A stretch of DNA of 31,615 bases, from positions 1-31,615 of the IMG/VR virus record IMGVR_UViG_3300027697_000053; one strand, 5' to 3'. This document shows, piece by piece, positions 9,153 to 17,922 of this stretch. Each line of letters starts with the position of its first letter. The first letter of the stretch is position 1. The notes under the pieces were generated by a model. It did not search any database. It saw nothing but the letters and a program-made list of their open reading frames with translations, and was not told the origin of the DNA. Source of the stretch: a virus (taxonomy: Duplodnaviria; Caudoviricetes). The position numbers were made by a program, and so were the translations under genes.

Positions 9153-10145
9153 ATGGCAGGACTTTCCAATTTTATAGCCAACAAAGGCGTGCAACAGACC
9201 ACGATGCCATCGTGGTATGACACCGCCCAACAGAACCTAGTCAACCAGGCATCTACTGCCTTTCAAAATGCGCCCCAGTTAAGCGGCACGGTGGCTCAGG
9301 GCGCCATCAACACACTACAACCCGGCGCGTCTAATCCATTTACTCAGGCACAAAACACCCTCCAAAGCATTTCATCTGGCGCGGCTAACCCTTGGATTAC
9401 TTCCCCAACAGGTCAAGTAACTCCTAACACACAAACTGCAATGGGTGGTTTATTTCAAGCGCAAAACCAACAGCTTGAGCAATTGCTGCCTAACATTACC
9501 GCCGCACCAACCGCGCAATCGATTGCCTCTGGTAACTTTGGTAGCCTGCGCGGCGAGACCGCGGTTAATAAGGCAAAGGCAGACGCACAGGCGCAATTGT
9601 TTGCTAACCAGATGGACGCGTTTTTAAAGAACCAGGCAACCGGAGTTACTGGCGCGTCGTCGTTAGGTAATGTGGCACAGCAGGGAATCACCAACGCGAT
9701 GAACGTTGGACAATCCCAGCAGCTAGCGCCGTTCACTAACGTCGCTAATTTAGGTAAAATATTGTCCGGCGTGACTGTACCAACCACGGTAACCAGCGAC
9801 GTGCAGATGTCACCACTAAGCCAGATCACCGCAATCGCCAGTGCGTTAGGTGGCGGCGCGGCTGGTGCTAACAAGCTACTACAAAACCTAGGCGTTAAGG
9901 GCGGTTTAAGTGACGCATTCAAAAGTGTTGGTAACATTTTAGGTAGCAATAACACATTTACACCTGAGCAACTAAATCAAATTGCAGCGGCTCAAGGTGT
10001 TGATCCAGGTGATGTTGATGTAGACGGCATAACAGAACAACAACTGTACGACATATTTAATTATGGTGGGGGCGTTCCTGCCGTTGATACATTTGTGCCC
10101 CCAACAGATTATCCTGATTGGTCTGATTACTTTTCATTTGATTGA
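9153..10145 (+). CDS. Internal virion/ejection protein (Gln/Ala/Gly-rich)
   Basis: 330 aa; composition, GNFGSLR motif and position typical of DNA-transfer proteins. Confidence 0.65.
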   Translation: MAGLSNFIANKGVQQTTMPSWYDTAQQNLVNQASTAFQNAPQLSGTVAQGAINTLQPGASNPFTQAQNTLQSISSGAANPWITSPTGQVTPNTQTAMGGLFQAQNQQLEQLLPNITAAPTAQSIASGNFGSLRGETAVNKAKADAQAQLFANQMDAFLKNQATGVTGASSLGNVAQQGITNAMNVGQSQQLAPFTNVANLGKILSGVTVPTTVTSDVQMSPLSQITAIASALGGGAAGANKLLQNLGVKGGLSDAFKSVGNILGSNNTFTPEQLNQIAAAQGVDPGDVDVDGITEQQLYDIFNYGGGVPAVDTFVPPTDYPDWSDYFSFD

Positions 10146-10153
10146 TAAAAAAC

Positions 10154-11995
10154 ATGGCTGAAGAAACTCAAGTTCAAGGCGGTTTAGGCCCGGTAGTAAC
10201 CCCACCAAAGAGCAAGGGTGGGTTTTCTATTCCTGGTAACATTGCGTTAGATCCAACGCAAACGGAAAGCATTTTGGCTAACATGCAGCGCATCATCGAC
10301 GAGCGCGAGAGCCCATTAAATTTATTTACCAGCGGATTAAAAGACGCGCTGGCGTACGCCGCCCTTGACCCAACACGAAATGTTTTGGCACGCGACGAAC
10401 AAAAGATGCGCGAGGCGCAAGAGCTGCTTAATATGCGCAGCCAAATAGCTAGCGTTAGGGCGGCCCAAGAACAACAAAAAGCATTTGAGGCCAGGAAGGC
10501 AAAAGAATTAGGCGGCACACCTGACGTTGGTGGGACAGGTGGAGGCATTAACATGCCCGACGAAATAAAGCTGGCACTATCTAACGCAAGAACTCGTGAA
10601 GAGTACGATAAGATATTTAACGCCTGGGCACAAAAACAGGCAGAGGTATCTGCCAACCCTGAGATGGATGTTCCCAAGGTGCCGGTTGTTGTTGAAAATC
10701 CAGATGGCTCATTTACCCGCAAAGTTATTTCAGTGCGTGAGTATCGTGCCAATCCAAACCTATACAAAGATGCTCCCGAAACTCAGCAGGCATTAAAGAG
10801 CGCGCCAGCAGATAAATCTGGCCAGCCGGTGAGCGTGCGCAATAACAACCCGGGCAATTTAAAAGATCCTAAGACCGGCGAGTTCTTAAAGTTTGACACC
10901 TTAGAGGCCGGACAAAAGGCGCTCGACGAAGACACTAAGGTAAAGCTAAGTGGTCAGAGCCCGGCGGTTAAGCAGCGCTTTGGTGACGTCAATATTATCA
11001 CCCCGGCCATGTTAGCTGAGACTTGGTCGCCGGCAACTGCTCCGGGTAATAGCCCAGAGTCTACCGCCAACTACGCCAAGTTTATTGCCGGTAAGTTAGG
11101 CATCGACCCAACCGCGCCAATTCCAAACACAGAAGAGGCACGTAAGCGTGTAAACGAGGCAATCACCGAGTTTGAGTCTGGTCAGAAGACACTAGCCGCA
11201 CCGGCGGCTGTAACGCCCACCACGACGGCAGCAAAGGGCCCAAGACCCACGCCAGAGCAAATGGAAGCCGAGAGCAAAGTAAAATCTACCTTCCGTGAAC
11301 AACAAGCTAGGGGCGCGGCAGAGAACGTTCAAAAGTCACAGCTTTCATTTGAGACGGTTACAGAGCCATCCTCTGTCTCGGAGCGCAAGACATCCGCAGA
11401 GCGCGTGGAGAAACTAGTGTTAGATAACCCAACGGCGGCTGGTATTATAGCCAAGCCTGGGGTCGCCAACGCGCTGTTAACAATTATACGTGACGGATTA
11501 AACACACCATCTGGCGCGATTGGTATTAAGACAATCGAAGATGCGTTGGTGTTAACCATGCCCGGCACAGACCAAAAAACAATCAACGCACGTCGTGAGA
11601 TTGCGCAGAACTTGGCAAAGGGTGCGCTCGAGGCATCTAAGCTATCGCAGGGCCAGGGCTCCGTCTCTGACTTTGAGCGTTCAATGTTTGAGCGTATCGC
11701 CGGATCGTTGGCAGACACCCCCGAGCTATTAGTTAAACGTCAGCGCATGTTAATCGCCAGGGCAAATCTAGATAGTGAACTAGGCAAGATGTACCGCGGC
11801 ACTAAGAAGCCTGGCGAGCCATTAGACTTTGACGCGTTTAGGACATCGAAAGAATACGAAAATAAAGTCGCAGCATACGAAAAAGAACTGCGCGCAATTT
11901 TAGATTCCGAAGTTCAGATCAAGGGTGCCGCAGCGGCTCCTAAACATCCCGGCGCTTCATTGTTGAATAAATATCCTCCTAGGACAAACCCATAA
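10154..11995 (+). CDS. Internal virion protein with NNPGN lysozyme-like domain
   Basis: ATG 10154 preferred over TTG 10142. RNNNPGNL...F.T.EAG..AL...W.P...N....Y...AI..FESG motif at about 10831-11185. Confidence 0.7.
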   Translation: MAEETQVQGGLGPVVTPPKSKGGFSIPGNIALDPTQTESILANMQRIIDERESPLNLFTSGLKDALAYAALDPTRNVLARDEQKMREAQELLNMRSQIASVRAAQEQQKAFEARKAKELGGTPDVGGTGGGINMPDEIKLALSNARTREEYDKIFNAWAQKQAEVSANPEMDVPKVPVVVENPDGSFTRKVISVREYRANPNLYKDAPETQQALKSAPADKSGQPVSVRNNNPGNLKDPKTGEFLKFDTLEAGQKALDEDTKVKLSGQSPAVKQRFGDVNIITPAMLAETWSPATAPGNSPESTANYAKFIAGKLGIDPTAPIPNTEEARKRVNEAITEFESGQKTLAAPAAVTPTTTAAKGPRPTPEQMEAESKVKSTFREQQARGAAENVQKSQLSFETVTEPSSVSERKTSAERVEKLVLDNPTAAGIIAKPGVANALLTIIRDGLNTPSGAIGIKTIEDALVLTMPGTDQKTINARREIAQNLAKGALEASKLSQGQGSVSDFERSMFERIAGSLADTPELLVKRQRMLIARANLDSELGKMYRGTKKPGEPLDFDAFRTSKEYENKVAAYEKELRAILDSEVQIKGAAAAPKHPGASLLNKYPPRTNP

Positions 11996-14361
11996 TGGAT
12001 AAAGAATTAGAGCGAGCCTATGATGCGTTAATGCAGGCCGATGCGGCCGGCAACAAAGAAGACGCACAACAAATTGCTGACTACATTCGCACACTGGAAG
12101 CCCAACAAAACGTTCCTAGTGGTGAGACGTCAGTAAAACAAGTGAGCGACGCAGACCTTATTAACGTGTTAACCCCAACCATTGGTGGAGCAATTGCTGG
12201 CGAAATAGTTGGCCCGATAGTAAACAAGGGCGTTGAGGCCGTCCAGTCTGGCAAGGCCCCAACAACTACAGCCCCAGCCGCTAGGGCAGCCGGCACGCCA
12301 TTTAACCCACGCGGCGTTACCATCGAGCAAAGCGTTCAAAACTGGGAAAACTATGGCCAGGCTCAAAACGAGGCCGCCAAACGTGTCCGCAGGGAGGCCG
12401 AACTACATAAAAAATATCCTGGGTTCACCCGCGCACAACCTCCAACACCCGCGGCAACACCATCTGCAATGTCACAACTGCGCCAAGCTATTCCTGGCCC
12501 TGTTAAAACTGCGGGCCAATTCTTAGGTGGCGCTACACAGTCTGGCGTCGTGCCATGGCTTGGCCGTGCATTGGCTGGTGGCGCCGCTGGATACCAGGGC
12601 GCTGACGCATACAACCGCCTAAGACAGGGCGACGTTGTTGGTGGCGGATTAAGCGCAATTGGCACGCTCGGTGCTGGTGCGTCATTTTTCCCACACCCTG
12701 CCGCTCGGTACGGTGGCGCGGCAATTAGCGCCGGCGCCGAGGGATTAAACCAATACCTTGACTATTTAAAACGCAAGTCACAACAACCCGCCGCGGCACA
12801 GCCACAGCAACAAGAACAAATGCCGGTCCCCATGAAAGAGGGAGGACTGGTCCATTTGGCCGGGGGAAAACGTGCGCTTGTTGAAGAAGGCGGCTCTAAA
12901 ATAATGGAGATTCTTAAAGATAAGATGGCTCCGTTATATGCAAAATCAGAAGGTGTTCCAGCACGATTGCCAAGAGCAACCCCAAAGACTGATGCAGAAT
13001 TATTTGAGTTTGCTCAACGCATGTCACCACAAGTTCGTGGTGATTTTGTACCAGCACCTGGAGCGACAACTAGCGTAGCTGGCAAAACACGCGCCCAATT
13101 TGAACGCGAAAAAAATTTACAACACGACATTCGTAATGTGCGGGGTTTAACATTAAAACCTTCAAACTATGATGAAGCCGCACATCAAGGTAAAGTAAAA
13201 GTTGGAATTGCCGGTGATCAAACACGAACCGGAAAAGATGTTTACAGTATTGCTGGTAACAAATTAAGTTCACCTTCCAGACAATACGGTGGATCTTTGT
13301 ATCCAGCTGCACATCCTCTTGGATGGGCATCTGAAAAAGAAGCTGCTCAAGGTGTTCAAAATGTAGTAGATACTGCCGCAAAACAATACGGCGATGTTGA
13401 TGTTTTGGGTGAGTTTATGAAAATGGGCCCGGAAGCTAATAATTATGCAATGCACAACGCAGACGCAATTATTAAATCAATTAACCCATCTCAAGTAAAA
13501 CAACTTGATAATCTTAATAAAATGATTCGTGCAAAATTTCCAGATTTTGCTGGCATTGAAAATCAAGCAGACATATTAAAACAAGCTGAACAAAATCCAG
13601 AGTTGCGTAAGTTTTTAGACTATTTAGTAATGACTAAAAAGCACGCAGAAACTTATGGTTTGCCTTCCGGTGCAGACATTCGGCATGCTTTATCTGAGCC
13701 AGACCTTAGAAATTTAGAAATAGGTGCCTCTGGTAAATCAGTTATTGAAATGGTTCCGGGCGGTAAAATATCACCATCGTCAAGAAAAACAACCACAACA
13801 TATTCTCACGACATTCCTGGAGAGTATTTAGGTGGAACAAAATATCCTCGCCCTTATCAGTTAGAATTTGCTGATTCATATTTAGCGTTACAAAATAAAA
13901 TTGGCACTGTTCAAGATTTAGCCAAGCAGGCGGTGTTAGAAAATCCAAACTTAGATCCACAAGCAGCGGTTCAATATGCTAAAAAATATGCCAACCAAGG
14001 GTTTGGTGGATTTAGATTAGCACAGCCACGTCAAATCATGGATCAACAGTACATGGACGAAACTGGCAAATACGAAGACTACATGAAGCAATTGCTTGGT
14101 TTTAAACAAGGCGGCTCTACAACGCCAGCATGGCAGCGCTCTGAGGGTAAGAGCCCATCGGGCGGCTTGAATGCTGTTGGTCGTGCGTCGTATAAGCGCG
14201 AGACTGGTGGCGAGCTAAAGGCACCACAGCCAGAGGGTGGCTCACGTAAGAAGTCGTTCTGCGCCAGGATGGGTGGGATGAAGAAGAAGCTAACCTCTAG
14301 TGAGACAGCAAACGATCCAGATTCACGTATCAACAAAGCGTTACGTAAGTGGAAGTGCTAA
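11995..14361 (+). CDS. Modular internal virion protein: Gly/Ala-rich N-terminal part, central AT-rich domain, C-terminal basic SFCARM module
   Basis: 788 aa; domains bounded by MKEGGLVHLAGG (12832-12867) and FKQGG (14101-14115). Confidence 0.7.
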   Translation: MDKELERAYDALMQADAAGNKEDAQQIADYIRTLEAQQNVPSGETSVKQVSDADLINVLTPTIGGAIAGEIVGPIVNKGVEAVQSGKAPTTTAPAARAAGTPFNPRGVTIEQSVQNWENYGQAQNEAAKRVRREAELHKKYPGFTRAQPPTPAATPSAMSQLRQAIPGPVKTAGQFLGGATQSGVVPWLGRALAGGAAGYQGADAYNRLRQGDVVGGGLSAIGTLGAGASFFPHPAARYGGAAISAGAEGLNQYLDYLKRKSQQPAAAQPQQQEQMPVPMKEGGLVHLAGGKRALVEEGGSKIMEILKDKMAPLYAKSEGVPARLPRATPKTDAELFEFAQRMSPQVRGDFVPAPGATTSVAGKTRAQFEREKNLQHDIRNVRGLTLKPSNYDEAAHQGKVKVGIAGDQTRTGKDVYSIAGNKLSSPSRQYGGSLYPAAHPLGWASEKEAAQGVQNVVDTAAKQYGDVDVLGEFMKMGPEANNYAMHNADAIIKSINPSQVKQLDNLNKMIRAKFPDFAGIENQADILKQAEQNPELRKFLDYLVMTKKHAETYGLPSGADIRHALSEPDLRNLEIGASGKSVIEMVPGGKISPSSRKTTTTYSHDIPGEYLGGTKYPRPYQLEFADSYLALQNKIGTVQDLAKQAVLENPNLDPQAAVQYAKKYANQGFGGFRLAQPRQIMDQQYMDETGKYEDYMKQLLGFKQGGSTTPAWQRSEGKSPSGGLNAVGRASYKRETGGELKAPQPEGGSRKKSFCARMGGMKKKLTSSETANDPDSRINKALRKWKC

Positions 14362-15855
14362 ATGCCAAAGCTAACACCTGCACAAATGAAGGCGGCTGTT
14401 GAGGAGTTTAAGAAAAAATTTACTCCTGGGTTTTACCATGGCAGCCCAAACCCAAACATCAAAGCATTTGACCCACTAAAGTCAACCGTGCGCGACGTTG
14501 ATTTTGTTACGCCCGGTGTTACGTTTGTAACAAAAAGTCCTAAGTTTGCCGATAGCTTTACCGCAGGTAAGGGACCATACATTAGTTTAAAGACTGGCGA
14601 GGCTATACCACTAGGTAGCTATAACAAGGGCTCTACCATGTACCCAGTTAGCGTAGACATGTCAAATCATTTTGATCCAATGTCACCGGAAGGGCGCGCA
14701 TTAGTTGAAGCATACGTTGCTAAGAAATATGCTGAAGATCCCAAGATGGCGCGTCAGTTTAAATCCAGAATTGAAGACCCACACTCTAACTGGACGACGA
14801 TGGAGTCTCCAGCATTTTTGCAGCACCTACGAGATAGTGGTGTTAAAACATTTGACGTTAACGAGTCTGGATACCAAAACGTTGGTGTATTGGACCCATC
14901 AAAGATCCGCGGCAAGTTTGCCAAGTACAACCCCGAAGACGCCGAGTCGCCAGACTTTATGAAGGCCGAGGGTGGCCTAGTGCATTTGGCTGCTGGTGGC
15001 GTTCCTAAAAACGTTGTCAAGGCATACAAACTATTTAGAACAAAAAAGAACGACCCGGAGACGCTGTATCCATTGTTTGTTAACGCAAACAAACCCGTAC
15101 CTATGAATGAGTGGGTAACCGCCGAGGTCGGCCCTGTCGCGGCCTCTGGTAAAGTTAAATCTAAATTAGGCGAGCTTGCGTATCGTCCGGGCTGGCACGC
15201 TGGTGATCTACCAATCGCTACTCACATTGGCGGCAAATCACAACCTGGATTAAAGGCACCAGACTACCGTAGGCCAGGTGAGGTATGGGCCGAGGTAGAA
15301 ATGCCAGCCGATGTTAATTGGCAAGATATCGCCAACCAACGCGCTCGGTTAAATAAGGCCGGTAAAATAATTCCAAGCACTGCGCACATTACCGACGAGA
15401 TCCCATTAGGCGGTCACTATCGTTATAAGACAAGCCCTAACATGGAAGGTAATTGGTTGATTGGCGGCGAGATGAAAGTTAATCGCGTCTTGACCGATGA
15501 GGAAGTCCAAGCAATTAACGAAGCCGCCGGTCGGGCAGATTTGCCACGGTTTGTTCCATTTGATGAAAAGGCCGAGGGTGGTAGTGTGTTTAGCCCAGAG
15601 GGTGCCGGCTATGATTACCGGACAGCCATGGCGTACGGCATGGGCCCGACTGGTACCGGAGAAGATCTGGGTCACTGGGGATCTGTCGCGCCGACATCGG
15701 ACGATGAGCGCATGCTAAGAGATTTGCCAAGGGATGCCTACGTAATGCTAAAGGGCAAGACACACGAGACATTTGACAAGGCCGAACAGGCTGAGAAAGA
15801 GCGCGGCTCCAAGATTGTAAAAATTGGAGACCGCTACTATTCCATACCTAAGTAA
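14362..15855 (+). CDS. Three-domain protein with N-terminal ADP-ribosyltransferase-like (ART-PolyVal-type) domain
   Basis: FYHGS...F...FVT.SP.FA..F...MYPV...V.DPS.IRGKFA.YNP pattern; domains separated by MKAEGGLVHLAAGG (14959-15000) and KAEGG (15568-15582). Confidence 0.65.
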   Translation: MPKLTPAQMKAAVEEFKKKFTPGFYHGSPNPNIKAFDPLKSTVRDVDFVTPGVTFVTKSPKFADSFTAGKGPYISLKTGEAIPLGSYNKGSTMYPVSVDMSNHFDPMSPEGRALVEAYVAKKYAEDPKMARQFKSRIEDPHSNWTTMESPAFLQHLRDSGVKTFDVNESGYQNVGVLDPSKIRGKFAKYNPEDAESPDFMKAEGGLVHLAAGGVPKNVVKAYKLFRTKKNDPETLYPLFVNANKPVPMNEWVTAEVGPVAASGKVKSKLGELAYRPGWHAGDLPIATHIGGKSQPGLKAPDYRRPGEVWAEVEMPADVNWQDIANQRARLNKAGKIIPSTAHITDEIPLGGHYRYKTSPNMEGNWLIGGEMKVNRVLTDEEVQAINEAAGRADLPRFVPFDEKAEGGSVFSPEGAGYDYRTAMAYGMGPTGTGEDLGHWGSVAPTSDDERMLRDLPRDAYVMLKGKTHETFDKAEQAEKERGSKIVKIGDRYYSIPK

Positions 15856-17769
15856 TTACTTACGGTAGCGCTTGCCGTGCCAGCCCTCCGCTGCGAGAGG
15901 AAAATCGGGAGCCCACGACGGTGGCGTAGTCATCATCTTGATTACGTCGGCCATTGCGGACTCCCCGTTTTGTTCTTCAACGAGGAGTAAGACTTCATCA
16001 TGCACGCTGTTAATCACTTCGTAACCGGCTTTATCAAGGTTAAGCATAGCCACGGCAAGAAAGTCCCGAGCGGTACCCTGTACCGCGGATTGGAAGATGC
16101 TACTGCCGATGATGGCGTTCCTAGTCCACTGCCGGCTGTAGGTGTTCTGGCTGTGGACCGTGACGCCGAGCTTTTCACTACCCCAGGGTGTGGTGAGCAA
16201 CTCGAGCTGTGGCCTCTGCCAACAGATCAACCTGCCACTCGGTAGGCGCATCCATAGCGCACCCTTCGCGCACTTCAATATAATCTTAGCGCCCGCCGCG
16301 AACGGCGACCCTGGGTTCTCCACGGCCTGGATCGCCGCGCTCTCGCACGCCCCCCATAGCTCCTTGACCATTACGTACGAGCCACGGTAGTTATCTACCG
16401 CGTTCTTTGCCTGCGCCTCCGTGAGCTTAACCCCCATCCCATCCGCGTATTTGACTAGGCCCTTAGCGCCCTGACCAAACATCGCGCCCAAAACTGCCGA
16501 CTTAGCAACTTGTCTTTGATCCTTCGTAACCGCATCATACGGGACTCGGTATAGGGAGGTGGAGGCGAATGTCTTGTACTCATCTAATCCCTTTCTAAAC
16601 ATCTCGATCTTATCTTTTTGTCCGGCTAGCCAGACACCTACTCGGTTCTCAATAGACGAGAAATCAACGTCCACAAAGGTTTTTCCATCCGGCGCCTTGA
16701 TTCCACTTCGAACAAGAGAGGATAGCTCTCCCATGCTACCAGTCGCTTGATCAAAAACTCGAGGTATACATCTCTCAATTTCTTCATCGGATAGATTAGG
16801 CCGAGCGATATTCTGTAGGTTAAGTCCACCACGAGAAGCCCAACGCCCAGTGCTAGCCCCATGGTAGACAAGCGTATTTCTGATCCTGCCATCTCTTTGT
16901 ACCTCCAACATTTTAGCGTACTTAGCCACGCTAGTTTGGCTACCATCCTGTCTTAGCTCCAGCGCTTTTTTTACGCGCGTGTGAATGCTGCACTGCAGCA
17001 TTTTTGAAACGGTCTCGGCGGTCAGATCCTCCAACCCGGCGCCCTGGGCGTTGAGCCAATCTAAGAGCTTTTGACGCTCACTTGGCTTACAGCCGGTCAA
17101 CTCAAGACATTCCTGGTCTATGGCTGCCTGCGCCCTTTGGACTGCCAGGACGGCATTTTGGAGCTCTCTAGGGTCCACAGGAACGCCTCTTGTATTGATC
17201 CGCTGGGTGAGGGTCCAGACTGCCTGTTCGACGTCTTCTAGGGGCCTTAAAACGGCTCCTAGGGCCATCTCCGTGCGTACGTCTTGGGCACAGTAATCAA
17301 AGAGCTGCTTTAATAGCTCTGGGTCGTCATTAAAGCCGCCTTTGCTATTGGGTTTACAGAGCTTTTGAATAAGCCTCTTGCCAATAGGGTCTTTCTGATA
17401 CTGGGCATCCATAAAGGCGCCGGCGTCATCCAAGCCCTGTGGTATGTTATTGGCCGCGGCTACGGCCATGGTGTCAATACACTGCTCGAGCTTTAGTCGT
17501 GGCCAATGGTACTTTGGCACACAAACACAGTTCCAGATCGCGTACTCAAACATGGCGTTCCATGCGGCGATCTTGCCGCCATTTCTAACGTGGTTTAATA
17601 GCCTCAGTAAACCAAATCCTCCATCTGGTTTAAAGACTTGTACGTTCTCGGGTGCGGTGCCAAACGCAATACACAGGACTTCTGTGGTTTCATGGTTGGC
17701 GTAGTTGTCAAGGCCCACCTCTGGCAGGTCTGCCTTACTGCGTGTCTCAAAGTCAATCGAATATATCAT
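15856..17769 (-). CDS. polA: Family A DNA polymerase with 3'-5' exonuclease domain
   Basis: DFET exonuclease motif, TGRWAS, NLQN, motif A DFSSIENRV, motif B RQVAKSAVLGAMFG, motif C VHDE. Start moved to ATG 17769 (AAGGAG RBS), 637 aa. Confidence 0.95.
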   Translation of the reverse strand: MIYSIDFETRSKADLPEVGLDNYANHETTEVLCIAFGTAPENVQVFKPDGGFGLLRLLNHVRNGGKIAAWNAMFEYAIWNCVCVPKYHWPRLKLEQCIDTMAVAAANNIPQGLDDAGAFMDAQYQKDPIGKRLIQKLCKPNSKGGFNDDPELLKQLFDYCAQDVRTEMALGAVLRPLEDVEQAVWTLTQRINTRGVPVDPRELQNAVLAVQRAQAAIDQECLELTGCKPSERQKLLDWLNAQGAGLEDLTAETVSKMLQCSIHTRVKKALELRQDGSQTSVAKYAKMLEVQRDGRIRNTLVYHGASTGRWASRGGLNLQNIARPNLSDEEIERCIPRVFDQATGSMGELSSLVRSGIKAPDGKTFVDVDFSSIENRVGVWLAGQKDKIEMFRKGLDEYKTFASTSLYRVPYDAVTKDQRQVAKSAVLGAMFGQGAKGLVKYADGMGVKLTEAQAKNAVDNYRGSYVMVKELWGACESAAIQAVENPGSPFAAGAKIILKCAKGALWMRLPSGRLICWQRPQLELLTTPWGSEKLGVTVHSQNTYSRQWTRNAIIGSSIFQSAVQGTARDFLAVAMLNLDKAGYEVINSVHDEVLLLVEEQNGESAMADVIKMMTTPPSWAPDFPLAAEGWHGKRYRK

Positions 17770-17804
17770 AGCGCTCCTTAGGCTGTCCGACGTATCGGCA
17801 ATTA

Positions 17805-17816
17805 TACTAATGCAAA
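17805..17816 (-). promoter_or_regulatory. TTTGCATTAGTA motif, copy 4
   Basis: Exact 12-mer on the - strand, 35 nt upstream of the polA ATG. Confidence 0.8.
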
Positions 17817-17839
17817 AAAGAGGGGAGCCGAAGCTCCCC
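17814..17839 (-). terminator. Intrinsic terminator after RNR
   Basis: GGGGAGC-TTCG-GCTCCCC followed by TCTTTTTT on the - strand. Confidence 0.85.
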
Positions 17840-17922
17840 AAATCACCACCATGTGAAATTATCTACGCCACCGCCAGGCAATGCTCCAGTTAAACAAATT
17901 GAGCGGTGGGCACTTCCAAGGA

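Noticed and set aside
17770-17841. ORF-track N-terminal extension of PolA
   Set aside because: It runs through the terminator and promoter motif; ATG 17769 has a proper RBS.
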